NCBI RefSeq assembly: GCF_009914755.1
Contig: NC_060931.1
From: the human T2T-CHM13v2.0 reference genome, Homo sapiens
DNA length: 64,000 nucleotides
Strand: one strand, 5' to 3'
Part shown: in pieces, positions 1-13,645 of the stretch
How the letters are laid out: each line of letters opens with the position of its first letter
How positions within the stretch are numbered: position 1 is the first letter of the stretch
Position numbers and translations under genes: made by a program
The notes under the pieces: generated by a model
What the model was told of the DNA's origin: nothing
What the model saw: the letters and a program-made list of their open reading frames with translations, nothing else
The model's database searches: none

Positions 1-1414
1 ATACAATGCCAGACCACCTAGATACGTAAAGCAAATGCTATTACAGCTAAGGAGAGAGATAGACTTCAATACAATAATAGCTGGGTACTTCAACACTCCA
101 CTTTTAGCACTGGAAAATCATCTAGACAGAAAATCAACAAAGAAACAATGATTTAATATGCACTACAGACCAAATGGACCTAACAGACATTTACAGAACA
201 TTTCATCTAACAGCTGCAGACTATATATTCTTCTCATCAGCCCATGGAACATTCTCCATAATAGACCATATATTAGGCCATAAAACAAATATCAAAATTT
301 ATTTAAAAGTTGAAATTATGTTAAATATCTCCTCAGACCACATTGGAATAAAACTAAAAATCAGTAATGACGAACTTTAGAAACTGTACCAGTAAGTACA
401 TGGAAATTAAACAACAGGCTCCTGAATGACCACTGGGTCAATGGAGAAATTAAGAAGGAAATTTAAAAATGTCTTAAAACAGATGAAAATGAAAGCACAT
501 TATACAAAACCTATGGGATACAGCAAATGTAGGGCTAAAAAGGAAGTTTATAATAATAAGTACCTACCTGGAAAAGTTTCAGATAACAATCTAACAATGC
601 TTCTCAAGGAACTAGAAAAACAAGAACAAACCAAACCCAGAATTAATAGTAGGAAAATAATAATAAAAATTGGAGCAGAGCAGAAATTGACAAAATAGAG
701 ACTAAGAAAATTACAATGGATCAGTCAAACAAAAAGTTGGTTTTTTTGAAAAGATGATATTGACAAGCTGCTAGCTAGACTAACCAAGAAAAAGAGAAGA
801 CACAAATTAATAAAATCAGAAATGAAAAGGAGATATTACAACTGATATCACAGAAATACAAATGATCATTAGAGACAATTATGAAGAACTATACACTAAC
901 AAATTGGAAAATCTAGAGAAAATAGATAAATTCCTGAACACATACAACCTACCAAGATTGAATCAGGAAGAAACAGAAAACCTGAACAGAACAATAATGA
1001 GTAGTAAAATTGAATCAGTTATAAAAAGTCTCCCAACAAAGAAAAGTCCAAGACTGGATGGCTTTACTGCTGAATTTTACCAAACTTATAAAGAACTAAT
1101 ACTAATTATTCTCAAACAATTTCAAAAAAATTGAAAAAAAAGGAATTCTTTCTAACCCATTCTATGAGGCCAGCGTTTCCTGATACCAAAATTAGAGAAA
1201 GAACAACAAAAAAAGAAAACTAAAAGCCAATATACCTAATGAACATAGATGCAAAATCCTCAACAAAATACTAATAAACCAAATGCAACAGCACACCAAA
1301 AAGATATTACATCATGATCAAGTGGGATTCATTCAAAAGATGCAAGGATGGTTCAACATACACAAATCAATAAATGTGATAAATCACATCAAAAGAATGA
1401 ATGACAAAAACATA

Positions 1415-1847
1415 TGTTATAGTTTGGATATTTGTCCCCTTCTTATCTAATGTTGAAATGTGATTCCCTCCAACACTGGGAATCACATGGTGGAAGGTGA
1501 TTGGATCATGGGGGTAGATCCTTCGTGAATGGGTTAGTACCACCCTTTAGAACAACCCCTGTGGTTATAAGTGAATTACTCAATTCACTCAAGTTCTGGT
1601 TGTTTAAGAGTCTGAGAGCTCTTCCTTCTCTCTCTCTTGCTCACACTCTCACCATGTGACACACTACTTCTTGCTCCACCTTTTGCTGTGAGTAAAAGCT
1701 CCCTGAGGCCACAACAAAAGGTAAGCAGATGCTGGTACCATGCTTCCTGTACAGCCTGCAGAATCATGAGCCAATTAAACCTCTTTTCTTTATAAATTAC
1801 TCAGCCTCAGATTTTTCTTTATAGCAATGCAGAAACAAAATAACACA
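1415..1847 (+). mobile_element. MST (MSTB-like) MaLR solo LTR inside L1
   Basis: TGTTATAGTTTGGATATTTGTCCCC start, ...TATAGCAATGCAGAAACAAAATAACACA end; degenerate 5-bp TSD acata/ccaca; L1 resumes after it. Confidence 0.9.
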
Positions 1848-2046
1848 CCACATGATCATCTCCATAGATGAAGAAAAAGCATTTGATAAATTCAACTTCT
1901 TTTCATGACAAAAACTCTCAACAAATTAGACATAGAAGAAACATAACTCAATATAATAGAGGCTGTATAAGGCAAACCCACCATTAACATTATACTTAAT
2001 GAGGAGAAGCTGAAATCCTTTCCTCCAAGAACTGAAACAAAACAAA

Positions 2047-2509
2047 TAAGGGAGGAGACCACCCCTCATATTGTCTTATGTCCAATTTCTGCCTCAAAGA
2101 AAAAGTAGGAGTTAAAGAAAAGACAGAAGAGAAATCAGTAGTCAGACAGCCCAGCGCGCATTCCAGGCCTGGTCGTTAAAAATCAACCCCTGACTTAACT
2201 GCTTGTGTTATCTATAGATTCCAGACATTGTATGGAAAAGCATCGTGAAAATCCCTGTCCTGTTCTGTTCCGTTCTGATTACTGGTGCATGCAGCCCCCA
2301 GTCACGTACCCCCTGCTTGCTCAATCAATCATGACCCTCTCATGTGGACCCCCTTAGAGTTGTAAGCCCTTAAAAGGGACAGGAATTGCTCACTCAGGGA
2401 GCTTGGTTTTTGGAGATGTGAGTCCGCTGATGCTCCCAGCTGAATAAAGCCCTTTCCTTCCACAACTTGGTGTCTGAAGGGCTTCTTGTCTGCGGCTTGT
2501 CCTGCTACA
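2047..2509 (+). mobile_element. LTR2-family (HERV-E/Harlequin, ERV1) solo LTR
   Basis: TAAGGGAGGAGACCACCCCTCATATTGTC start, TCCTGCTACA end, 463 bp, AATAAA, 4-bp TSD caaa/caag. Confidence 0.88.
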
Positions 2510-2924
2510 CAAGGATGACTACTTTTACCACTCTTATTCAACATAGTACTAGAAGTCCAAGCCAGAATAATCAGACAATAGAAAAAACATTAAAGGCATC
2601 CCAACTGGAAAAGAGAAAGCCAAATTGTCCTTCTTTGCAGATAACATAATCCTATATATAGAAAAACCTAAAGACTCCACCCAAAAACTCTAAAGCAAAT
2701 TCAGTAATGTTGATAAGCAAATTCAGTAATTTTGGAGGATATACAATCAACATATAAAAATCAGTAGTGTTTTCACATATTAATAATAAACTAGCTGAAA
2801 AAGAAATCAAGAACATAATCCAATTTACAATAGCTGTCACACACAAAAAATACTTAGGAATAAATTTAACCAAGCAGGTAAAAGCCCTATACAGGAAAAA
2901 CATTGATAAAATACACTGAAGACT

Positions 2925-3206
2925 GGCCAGGTGCAGTGGCTGATGCCTGTAATCCCAGAAGTTTTGAAGGCTAAGGTAGGAGGATTGTTGGAGGCCAGGA
3001 GTTTGTGACCAGCCTAGGCAATATAGCAAGATCCCATCTCTACAAAATCCAAAAAAATTAGCCAGGTGTGGTGGTGCATGCCTGTAGTCCCAGCTACTCA
3101 GAAGGCTGGGCCCACCTTGGGCCCAACAGGTCGAGGCTACAGTAAACTGTGTTTGTGCCACTGCACTCCAGCCTAGGCAGCAGAGCAAGACTCTGTCTCA
3201 AAAAAA
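2925..3206 (+). mobile_element. AluJ-type SINE inside L1
   Basis: Dimeric Alu with J-type features (AGGATTG, GCAATATAGCAAGA, GTCGAGGCT). Confidence 0.9.
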
Positions 3207-5069
3207 TTGAAGAGGACACAAACAAATGGAAAAACATCCCATACTCATAGAATGGAAGAATTACTATGATCAAAATGACCATACTACCCAAAGCAATTTA
3301 TAGATTCAATTCAATTTCTGTCAAAATTCCAATGACATTCTTCACATAAATAGAAAAAATAATTCTAAAATTTGCATGAAAACAAAATACTCTGAATAGC
3401 CAAAGCAATACTGAGCAAAGAGATCAAAACTGGAGGCATCACACTACCTAACTTCACAATATATTACAAAGATATAGTAACCAAGACAGCATGGTATTGG
3501 CATAAAAACAGGCACAAAGTCCAAAGGAACAGCATAGAAAACCTAGAAATAAATCCATGTATTTACAGGTGACTGATTTTGACAAAGTTGCCAAGAACAT
3601 ACATTGGGAAGGAGCCAGTGTCTTCAATAAATGGTGCTGGGAAAATGGTGCTGGATATCCATATGCAGAAGAATGAAACTAGACCCTTATCTGTCATCAT
3701 ATAAAATAATCAATTCAAAATGGATTAAAGACTTAAACGTAAGAGGTGAAACTATAAAACTTTATTTTATTAGAATAAAACATGGGAGACATTTCAGGAC
3801 ATTAGGCAGAGATTGTATGTCTAAGACTTCAAAAGCACAGGTAACACAAACAAAAATTGACAAATGATACTACATTACACTGAAAACCTGCATGGCAAAG
3901 GAAACAATCAACAGAGCAAAGTGACAACCTACAGAATGGGAGAAAATATTTGCAAACTATTCATCTGACAAACGACTAATACCCAAAATGTAAGAGGAAC
4001 TCAAGCAGCTCGATAGCAATAATAATAATGATCTGATTTTTAAATAAGCAAAATCCCTGAATAGACACCTCTCAAAAGAAGACATACAAATGACCAACAA
4101 GTATATGAAAAAATACTCAACATTATTAATCTTCAAGAAAATGCAAATCAAATCTACAATGAGATATCATCTCACCTGAGAATGGCTACAATCAAAAGAC
4201 AAAAAAGAACAAATGTTGGTGAGGATGTGAAGATTATACACCGTTGGTGGGAATGTAAGTTAGTACAGACATTATGGAAAACAGTATGGAGATTCTCAAA
4301 ATAACTACAAATAGAACTACAATATGATTGAGCAATCTCACTACTGCATATTTATCCAAAGGAAAAACAAATCAGTATATGAAAGGAATACCTACACCCC
4401 ATGTTTATTGCAACACTATTCACAATAGCTAAGATATGGAATCAACCAAACTTTCCATCAATGCATAGAGAAAATGTGGTATATACATATACACACTTTG
4501 GAATACTACTGAGCTATAAAAAATAATGAAATCCTGTCATTTGCAGCAACATGGATGGAAGTGGAGGTCATTATGTTGAGTGAAGTAAGCCAGCCACAGA
4601 AAGACAAATACTGCAAGTTCTCGCTCATGTGTGGGAGCGAAAAAACTTGATCTCATAGAGACAGAGAATAGAATAATAGATACCAGAAGCTGGGAAGGGT
4701 TGAGGGGGAGGATGAAGAGAGGTTGGTTCATGGGTAACTCATAGAGTTAGATGGCAGAAATAGCTTCTAGTGTTTAACAGCACAGTAGAGTGACTATAGT
4801 TGAAAATAATTTATTGTATATTTCAAAACGGCTAGAAGAGAAGATTTAAAATGTGCCCATCAAGAAGAAATGCTTAACATTTGAGGTGATGGATATCCTA
4901 AATATCGTGATTTGATCATTACATATTGTATGCATGTATCAAAATATCATATGTACTCCATAAATATGTACAATTATTATGTATCCAAAGTATTTAAAAA
5001 ATTTAATATATATATCTAACTAAAAATCTTTGCAAATTAAAAAAAAATAGATCATGAGTCTTACTGAAA

Positions 5070-6330
5070 AGCCAGGCAAGCCACATGTGGCCTAGAAATC
5101 ACAGCTTCCTGTCATACTTGGTTTAAGCCTTCTGTGGATGTTCCTTTTTTTGCATTTCAATTGCTTCATACTAAAAAGGGAAGGCTTCCTTGCTTTCAGA
5201 GGTGGGTAGCCCTGTGATTTAATTTTTTGGAAAGGTATAACTCAAATATTTTTTTAAAAAGAAAAAAGAAACCACAGAGGAAGATAGTAGATCAGAAAAG
5301 TATGACCCACTGTTCCTATTTATCAGTAAGTAGATCTGAACTGCTGTGGTCCTTGGCCACTGTCACAGGTAACATTCCACTGTAGTCCTCCCTCTCACTT
5401 GAAGACATGGAAGTATGAGTCAGGAATGGCCACGGGCTCTGTCGGAAGCTAAGGTGAATGAACACAGGTGTGGCTCAAATATTTCTAACATGAATTGCTT
5501 TAGGCTGAATGGATTCATGCCCTGAACTTGCACATGACGCACTGGATAAACCCAGCGAGAAGCTGAGAGTTCATTTGTCCTTTTAGAGAGAGGCTAGAGT
5601 CAGATGCTTCATCTAGAGATACCAGTCAGCTCTTCTTGGTTGGCAATTCCTAAGGAAAGAGAGATATAAAAGATATATCTGTTGTGTAGCAGATATTTAA
5701 GAAGATAGTCAATTCACCTTGTGGTTGGATTTGGTTCAGGTTGAATACATTCTGAAGGCAAATATTAGCATCATGTTTTGCAATGAAAAACAATTTTTTG
5801 TAGACATTGATCTCATGTCATCACTGCAATAACTCCATGATCTTAGTATTATCATTCTGATTTACAGATAAAGTACCTGAGACCAGAAAGATTATGTAGC
5901 TTGTCTAAGTTTACTCAATTTTGTCAGGTAGAACCCAGACCTGAACTCAAGTCTTCAAACTTCAAAATTTCAAGTCTTTTCACTGAAACGTGAAGCCTCT
6001 GTAGTAACATTCAATGTGAGGGCATTGGTAAAAGAGTATTAATATACTGTTGGAGCTGCAGAGATTCAGTGATTAATTTAGCTCTGCATGTACCTGTGGA
6101 GGTAAATCTTGGGAGACCTGTGGAGGTCTTTGGATAGGCTGTCTTCAGATATGCCATCAGTGCAAGAGCAATGCCAACTCTGCGTAATTTCTCTAATTGT
6201 CTTTCTCCTGCCATTCCAGTGCATCCATTAGCATACATCAGAGACTATAGGACTTCCCCAAGAACCTTTATGACAGTTGTCTATAAACTCAAGGAGTCAA
6301 GTAAATTCCCCCAAGTAAATGATACTGTAA
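5070..6330 (+). mobile_element. Candidate ancient CR1/L3 RT fossil A (split by a MIR)
   Basis: SCHT 5107 (~SCQT), VDV 5134, in-frame TWKYESGMATGSV 5405-5443 (~SWREVTSGVPQGSV), LAHDA 5527 (~FADDT), EVNLG ~6100 (~EKDLG). Confidence 0.6.
5800..5990 (-). mobile_element. MIR
   Basis: ATTTACAGATAAAGTACCTGAGACCAGAAAG matches the MIR core in reverse. Confidence 0.75.
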
Positions 6331-6519
6331 CCAACAAGTCCAAGGCTTCTTGAAGCTGTGTTGTTCTTTCTTCCCTAATCTTCATACTGCTGCCTGTTTC
6401 TCACCATTTAGATCCACAGAGTGGCCTGGCCAGCAGCCCTGACTAAAGGACTCAGTGTAACCCAGGCACTCCTTATGTCATTACCATTTAATTTTTCTTC
6501 AGAAGTATTAATATTTTCT

Positions 6520-6690
6520 GTAACCTTTGCATTTGTTTTCAAGTTTATATATTCTCTCTCTCTTCACTAGAATATAATCTCTCTGAAAGCAGGCTCCTTA
6601 TCTATATTATTCACTGTTATATCCCCAAAGACTAGAATCCTGCCAGGTACGGGAACAGATTCTCAATAAATTATTTGTTGAGTGAATGTG
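6520..6690 (+). mobile_element. L2 3' end
   Basis: CTAGAATATAATCTC...CTCAATAAATTATTTGTTGAGTGAATG. Confidence 0.8.
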
Positions 6691-6699
6691 TGAAGTGAC

Positions 6700-7400
6700 A
6701 CTTAGACGAATTCCTCCAATTTTGATGCTCCAAGCCCTGCACTGAAAGAGAACATAGACTTTTCTCATGGTGACTCTTCCCAAACATTTCTGGAATCCTC
6801 CAGGGGCCGTTACAAATGCTTGTGAATCCATCCTCATAAATTTTGCAACTTGCCAAGGGAATGAAAACCCAAGTGCCCATCTCAAAGCTGGACTTCACCT
6901 CTGGTTATTGCTGCGTTGGTTTTGAGCTGGAAATTCAATACTTCTGGCACCATCTTGATTTTCATGGCTTGTGCTAACTCAGTGGTCCCTTTTAAAGTGA
7001 GACAGTGGACACAACTTCTTTCTGTGTTACAGTCAGTGAAGGATTCCCCATAACAGATTTGCCAAGGATCCTAAGTGTTACTGACCTTCCATTTCATATA
7101 AAAGCTGCCAGAGTAATTGGGTCAAAATGAATTCCAAAATCTAGAATTATCCATAGGCTTTCTTGCTCAAGGTCATCAAGCTGGTATCCCACTTAGGTAT
7201 GTTGGAAAATAATGATTATTCCCACACCTATGTAAAACCTTACACTTAATACCACAGGTGGTCTAAATATTACTGTAGCATAAAGATGTATGCAGTTCCA
7301 GTGATGTTGTTACAAAATTATCACAGATGCTTCCTGGTGCTGCACCTCATGGTCTCTTATTTCAGCTGAGATCCTCTGCTGGACACTTGAGTGTTAGCCC
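6700..7400 (-). mobile_element. Candidate ancient CR1-type RT fossil B
   Basis: Minus strand: DP-NY, VS..I(L)GK (~PVSLTSIPGK), QNQRS (~NSQHG), GFQKCLGRVT (~DFQKAFDKVP). Confidence 0.4.
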
Positions 7401-7404
7401 TTAA

Positions 7405-7818
<414 letters not shown>

Positions 7819-8329
7819 CAAATCTTATGTTTTATTCTGTATTTCTAGTGCCCATGTATATAGGAGCTGGATCATTAAAAATGGCATTTGATGATTCATG
7901 CACTTGCATATTATGGTTAAGAAACTCTAGCTAGATAAATCTGCAGTTGTATAATCTGCTTCAGTTATATTCATACTTATCATTGAAGGACATTACATCC
8001 ATGAAATGTTTAGGAAGTGTATTAAGCTAATCAGTTTAATCATGGGCCAGATTAGAAGAGACAAGAAAGTAGCTGAAGATTTATCGCTCATCAGCCTTGG
8101 CAAGGCTAAAACCATGCCTGGACATGCTGATTCTCCTTTGCCTTCCTCTCTCTACAAGCTTAACTCTCTTTTATTCTTATTAAAATGTAATTCTCTTTCT
8201 TCCAACCATTTCACACCACTACTAACCGCCCCCCGACCCACCCTTTCACATCATCCATGACCAAAGTCTTTCTAGATTTTTGGAGTCACTCAGGATTCTA
8301 AGGAACTTGTTCAGAAAGAAACTTTTTCT

Positions 8330-8610
8330 TTCACATACATGGCTTCTGTTTTCCACACAAGCAGGACTGACACACACTGAGTCAACCTTATGTGTGCTGA
8401 GCTGTTCCTTACAACAACGTGTCATGCTCATTGTTATGTTGGATAGTATTTCATTGAACAAATAAACTACAATTCATTTATTTAGTCTAGTCTATTCATT
8501 ATGTACCACATGCATTTATTCATGGTTTGCTGTGAATAGTCTTATACATGTCTGTTAAACTTATGCATGTAATGTGTTGGGTGTAGAACTAGGAGCTGAT
8601 TATTGTGTTT
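8330..8610 (-). mobile_element. Old L1M (L1ME-like) fragment
   Basis: Degenerate reverse L1 3' region; appears to continue after 11555. Confidence 0.5.
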
Positions 8611-9070
8611 TAAGATTGTCAAAAGAAGACTTGCAGACTTGAAGAAGAAAAGTTTATTTGCAAAGTAGTGCAAAGGACTCATTCCAGAAGGCTCAAAAAA
8701 AATTAAAAAATGAGCAAACTATTTGAAAAAATCAGCATAATTTCCAAGTTTACATTAATTGATTCATCTATTCATGGTGGGAAAAGAGCAACATTTCTAT
8801 ATGATTATTATGTTTCCAAAGATCATGGCCTATCTTCAGATATCAGCATCACAAAATCAGCAATAAATATATTTTTACAGGGCAGGCAAGGGCTCTAGGA
8901 AATGTTCAAGATTTCATTTATTTTGAGGCCCAGAACTACACAGGTGTGCCTGTTATTCTTGCTGTATCTCTGGGTGGAAAATATTTTGTTTTCTCTGTGT
9001 CATGTGATACATATTGCTTATTCATTACATTAGCAGGACAAAATGTTAGTTATGCTTTTACAGGAATATA

Positions 9071-11551
9071 CAGGCATACCTTGGAGATACTGAGATTTTG
9101 GTTCCAGACCACCATGATAAAGTGAAGGTCACAATAAAGTGAGTCACACAAATTTTTTAGTTTCCTAGTACATGTTGTTTACACTATACTGTTGTCTATT
9201 AAGTATGCCATAGCATTCTGTCTAAAAAAAATATATACATAACTTAATTTAAAAATATTTTATTACTAAAAAATTCTAATGATCATCTGAGACTTCAGCA
9301 GGTCATAAGCTTTTCACTGATGAAGTGTCTTGCCTAAATGTTGATGGCTGCTGACAGATTAAGTGGTAGTTGCTGAAGGTTGGGGTGGCTAGGGCAATTT
9401 TTAAAAATAAGACAACATTAAAGTCTGCCACATCGATGGATTTTTCCTTTTCATGAAATATTTACCTGTAGCATGTAATGGTGTTCAATAGCATTTGACT
9501 TACAGTAGGACTTCTTTCAAAATTGAAGTCAATCCTCTCCAACACTGCTACTACTTAATCAACCAAGTTTACATAATAATCTAAATACTTCGTTGTCGTT
9601 TCAACAACATTCACAGCATCTTACAGGAGTAGATTCCAGCTCAAGAAACCTCTTCATTTCCTCATTTATAAGAAGCAACTCCTCATTCTTTCAAATTTTA
9701 TCATGAAATTGAAGCAATTCGGTCACAACTTCAGCCTTCACTTCTCATTCCAGTTCTCTTGCTACTTCCACCACATCTGCAGGGACTTCCTCTGCTGAAG
9801 TCTTAAACCCCTCGAATTCATCCATGATGGAATCAACTTCTTCCAAACTCCTTTGAACGTTGATATTCTGACCTCCTTCCATGACTTATGTTCTTAATGG
9901 CATCTAGAATGGTGACTCCTTTTCAGGTTTTCAATTTACTTTGCCCAGATCCATCAGAGGAATCACTACGTTATGGCAGCTTACAAAATGGAGTTTTTAC
10001 ATAATTAGCCAAAATTACTCCTTGGCTCATGAGTTGCAGAACATACGCTGTATTCACAGGCATGAAAGCAATATGAATCTCCTTGTACATCTTCATCAGA
10101 GCTCTTAGGTGAGAAGGAGCATTGTCAATGAGCAGTAATGTTTTGAAAGGAATCTTTTTCTCTGAGCAGTAGGTCTCAACAGTGTGCTTAAAATATTATG
10201 TAAACCATGCTGCAAACCGATGTGCTGTCATCCAGGCTTTGTTGTTCCATTTATAGAGCACAGACAGAGTAGATTTAGCATAGTTCTTAAGGGCCCCAGG
10301 ATTTTTGGAATGATAAATGAGCATTGGCTTCAATTTAAAGTCACCAGTCACATTAGCCCCTCACTAAAGAGTCAGCCTGTCCTTTGAAGCTTCGAAGCCA
10401 CATTCTGACTTCTCTCTAGCTATGAAATCCCAGATGGCATCTTCTTCCAAGAAGGGTGTTTTGTTTACATTAAAAATCTGTTGTTTAGTGTAGCTATCTT
10501 CTTCAAATATCTTAGCTGTATCTTCTGGATAACTTGCTGCAGCTTCCACATCAGCACTTGCTGCTTCACCTTGCGCTTTTTTTGTTATGGAGATGGCTTC
10601 TTTCTTTAAACCTCATGAACCAACCCATGATAGTTTCAAATTTATTTTCTGCAACTTTCTCACCTCTCTCAGCCTTCGTAGAATTGAAGAGAGTTAGGAT
10701 CTTGCTCTGGGTTAGCCTTTAGCTTAAAATAATGCTGTGGCTGGTTTGATCTTTTATCCAAATCACTCAAACTTTCTGCATATCAGAATAAGGCTGTTTT
10801 GCTTTCTATCATTTGTGTTTTCACTGGAGTGGCACTTTTAGTTTCCTTCAGGAACTTTTTACACATTACATACATGTATCAAAATATCACACTTGCCTTA
10901 AAAATATGTACAACTATGATATATCAATTTTTAAAACAATTTTTTAAAGAAAGGAAAAAAATAACCTTTCCTTTGCATTCACAATTTGGCTAATTGGCGC
11001 CAGAGGCCTAGCCTTCGGTTTGTCTTGACTTTTGACATGCCTTCCTCGTGAAGCTTAATAATTTCTAGCTTTTGATTTAAAGTGAGAGATGTACAATTCT
11101 TTCTTTCACTTGGACACTTAAAGGCCATTGTAGGGTTATTACTGGCTTGGTTTCATTATTGTTATGTCTCAGGAAATAGGGAGGCCCAAGGAGAGGGAGA
11201 AAGATGGGAGAATGACTGGTCAGTGGAGCAGTCAGATACACACATAATATTCATCAATTAAGTTTGCAGACTCATAAGAGAATGGTTCGTGATACCCACA
11301 AATTATTACAATACTAACATCGAAGATCACTGATCACAGATCACCATAACAAACATAACAATAATGAAAAAGTTTGAAATGTTGTGAGAATTACCAAGAT
11401 GTGACTCAGAGACATGAAGTGAGCACATGTTGTTGAAAAAAAGGCACCATGTATCTACTCAATACAGGATTGCCACAAGGTTTCAATTTGTAGAAAATGC
11501 AGTAACTGAGAATTGAAATAAAACAAAGCACAATAAAATAAGATATGGCTG
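9071..11551 (-). mobile_element. Tigger1 DNA transposon, essentially full length, decayed
   Basis: TIRs CAGGCATACCT / AGATATGGCTG with TA TSDs; ORF 10364-10549 [33 protein letters not shown] matches Tigger1 transposase. Confidence 0.95.
10860..10960 (+). mobile_element. Very short L1MA 3' tail inserted in Tigger1
   Basis: CATGTATCAAAATATCACA..AAATATGTACAACTAT plus A-rich tail; degenerate TSD gaactttt/taaccttt. Confidence 0.8.
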
Positions 11552-11554
11552 TAT

Positions 11555-12895
11555 ACCTTCAGTTTAGTTGATACTGCCAAATAGTTGATCAGCATTGTTG
11601 TATGGATTTACAGTGCCATCAGATGTGTGTAAGTTACTTTCAGTTGCCTTGCATCCTTACTACACTTTTTGTTGCCTGTATTTCAAGTTTAGCCATTCTA
11701 GTAAACATGTAGAGGTGTCTTCTTGCAGTTTACATCTGCATTTCTCTGTTTTCTTGTGAGTACTTGGTTATCTTTTGTTTCATGGCACTCAATTTTATCC
11801 ATTTTCATGTTGGTTTATTTGCTTTTGATTGTCATTTCACAGCACTACTTTATATTCTGGGTAAAAATCCTTTGTCTGATATATGTGGTGCAAATAATTT
11901 CTCCCACTCTGTTGCTTGCTTTTTTTCTCCCATAATAGTGTCTTTAGATGAACAGAAGTTGTTAATTTTAATGTAATCCAACTTACTCTTTTTTTCTTTT
12001 ATGGCTGGTGTTTATGAAATCTTTGTCTATTTCAAGGCCATGACATATGCTCCTAAGTTTTCTCCTAAAAGCTTTATTTTTTTACCTTTCACATTTAGAT
12101 CTACAATCCAACTAGAATTGAATTTTGTGGATTGTGTGAGATAAAAAGTTCAACAGTTATTTGTTTTCAAATGGATATCCAATTGACCTAGCACCATTTA
12201 TTGAAAAAAATAATTGTTATCCTTTCCCCAATGCACTGCAGTGTCAGCTTTGTCAAACATCAGGTGTCATGATGTGTTTGGGTCTGTTTCTGAATTCTAA
12301 TTTGTTCCCCATTGGTTTATTTTCTATTCTTGCACTCACACCAGTCTGTTAGTCATTATTAAATATGGTAGTTCAGGTTCTAAAGTTATGTTCTTCAAAA
12401 TTGCTATTCTTAAACCTTTATATGTTGCATACATTTTCGAATCAGCTTTTTCAAATTACAAACACACAAACACACACACATACTGCTGGGATAGTGATTA
12501 GGACTACAGTGAAACTATAGATCCATCAGAGGAGAACTGACATCTTTATACGATTCAGTCTTCCAATTCATCAACATGGCATATACTTCCGTTTATGTAG
12601 ATATTCTTTAATTTATCACAATAATATTTTGCAGTATTTACTGTGGAATATCCTTAGTATGTTTTGCTAGCAAGTACTCTATATATTTTATTCTTTTGTA
12701 GATGATATTTTTAGTATTTTATCTTTTATGCTTTTGGTTGATTTATAGGAATACAATTGATTTTTGTATAGTGCCCTTCTACTAGTGGCCTTGCCAAATT
12801 TCTTGTTTGATTCCAATAGGTTGTATGTAGATCTTTTGGACTTTATACAGATGATAATGTCAAATTCAGTTAATAACAGATTTATTTCTGCCTTT
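11555..12895 (-). mobile_element. Old L1M ORF2 fragment
   Basis: Reverse L1 motifs, e.g. GGATATCCAATTGACCTAGCACCATTTATTGAAAA. Confidence 0.8.
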
Positions 12896-12897
12896 CT

Positions 12898-13645
12898 GTG
12901 GACAGGACAATTAAAAATAACCACCAATTAAAAATTGAATCTAATTCTCTTCTTCCTGCCTTTCTTCCCTTGATCTTTCTTCCCTTGATCTACTAGTGGC
13001 CTTTATACTTGATTGACCAATAGAACATGGCAAAGGTGAAATCAGGCCAGTTTTGGGGATAGGCATTACTAGAACTGGCAGCTTTTACCTTGCCCTGTTG
13101 GGTCCCTGAACTGCTACATAAAAAATAAAGTATTCATACCCTATCTCCTACTAATTCCACTTTTGTATGACTCAAACATAAAAAATAAAAATAGAAAATG
13201 CAGACAAAACATTATGCACAAAATTGTTATTGACTATGGTGCAAAACTATATGTAACCTAATTGACTAATAATAAATGGTTACATAATTTTAAATGAAAT
13301 AAAATGAAATGAAACTACTCTGAGACTTTCATTCTGTAAGGAATCCCAAGCCATGGGACATGGCCAGCTTAAGACATGCTGGTCAACAGTCCCAGCTGAG
13401 CCCAAACATTTCAGCTATCCTTGCCAAGGTACCAGGCATGTGAGTGGGGCCATCTTGTATCCTCCAAACCTGCCCATCTTCTAGCTGAGTACTATTGAGT
13501 GGCTTTGGTTGATGCCATGTGGAATAGAAGAATAAACCAGCCAAGGCCTGTCTAAATTTCTGACCCACAAACATTGTGATATATAAAAAAAATGCTGTTG
13601 TCTTAAGTTATTAGGTTTGGGCATAATTTTCTATAAAGCAATATA
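12898..13645 (+). mobile_element. MLT1 (G/H-like) MaLR LTR with internal insertion
   Basis: TGACCAATAGAACATGGCA, CCCAGCTGAGCCC, GGCACCAGGCATGTGAGTG-like blocks, 3' TAAAGCAATA. Confidence 0.8.

Larger units (their letters stand above)
1..5048 (+). mobile_element. L1MA-family LINE-1, ORF2 (endonuclease onward) plus 3' UTR, decayed, with three nested insertions
   Basis: ORF2 fragments ([35 protein letters not shown]); L1MA-type 3' UTR and A-rich tail near 5040; 5' end lies outside the window. Confidence 0.95.

Noticed and set aside
2652-3188. 178-aa minus-strand ORF
   Set aside because: Antisense read-through of Alu and L1 sequence.
174-3867. L1 ORF2-like ORFs as a functional gene
   Set aside because: Fragmented by stops, frameshifts and three insertions.
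8615-9000. Possible LTR-like insert in the old L1
   Set aside because: Could not assign a family or termini.
10364-10549. TIGD1-like gene
   Set aside because: Short piece of a decayed Tigger1 transposase.
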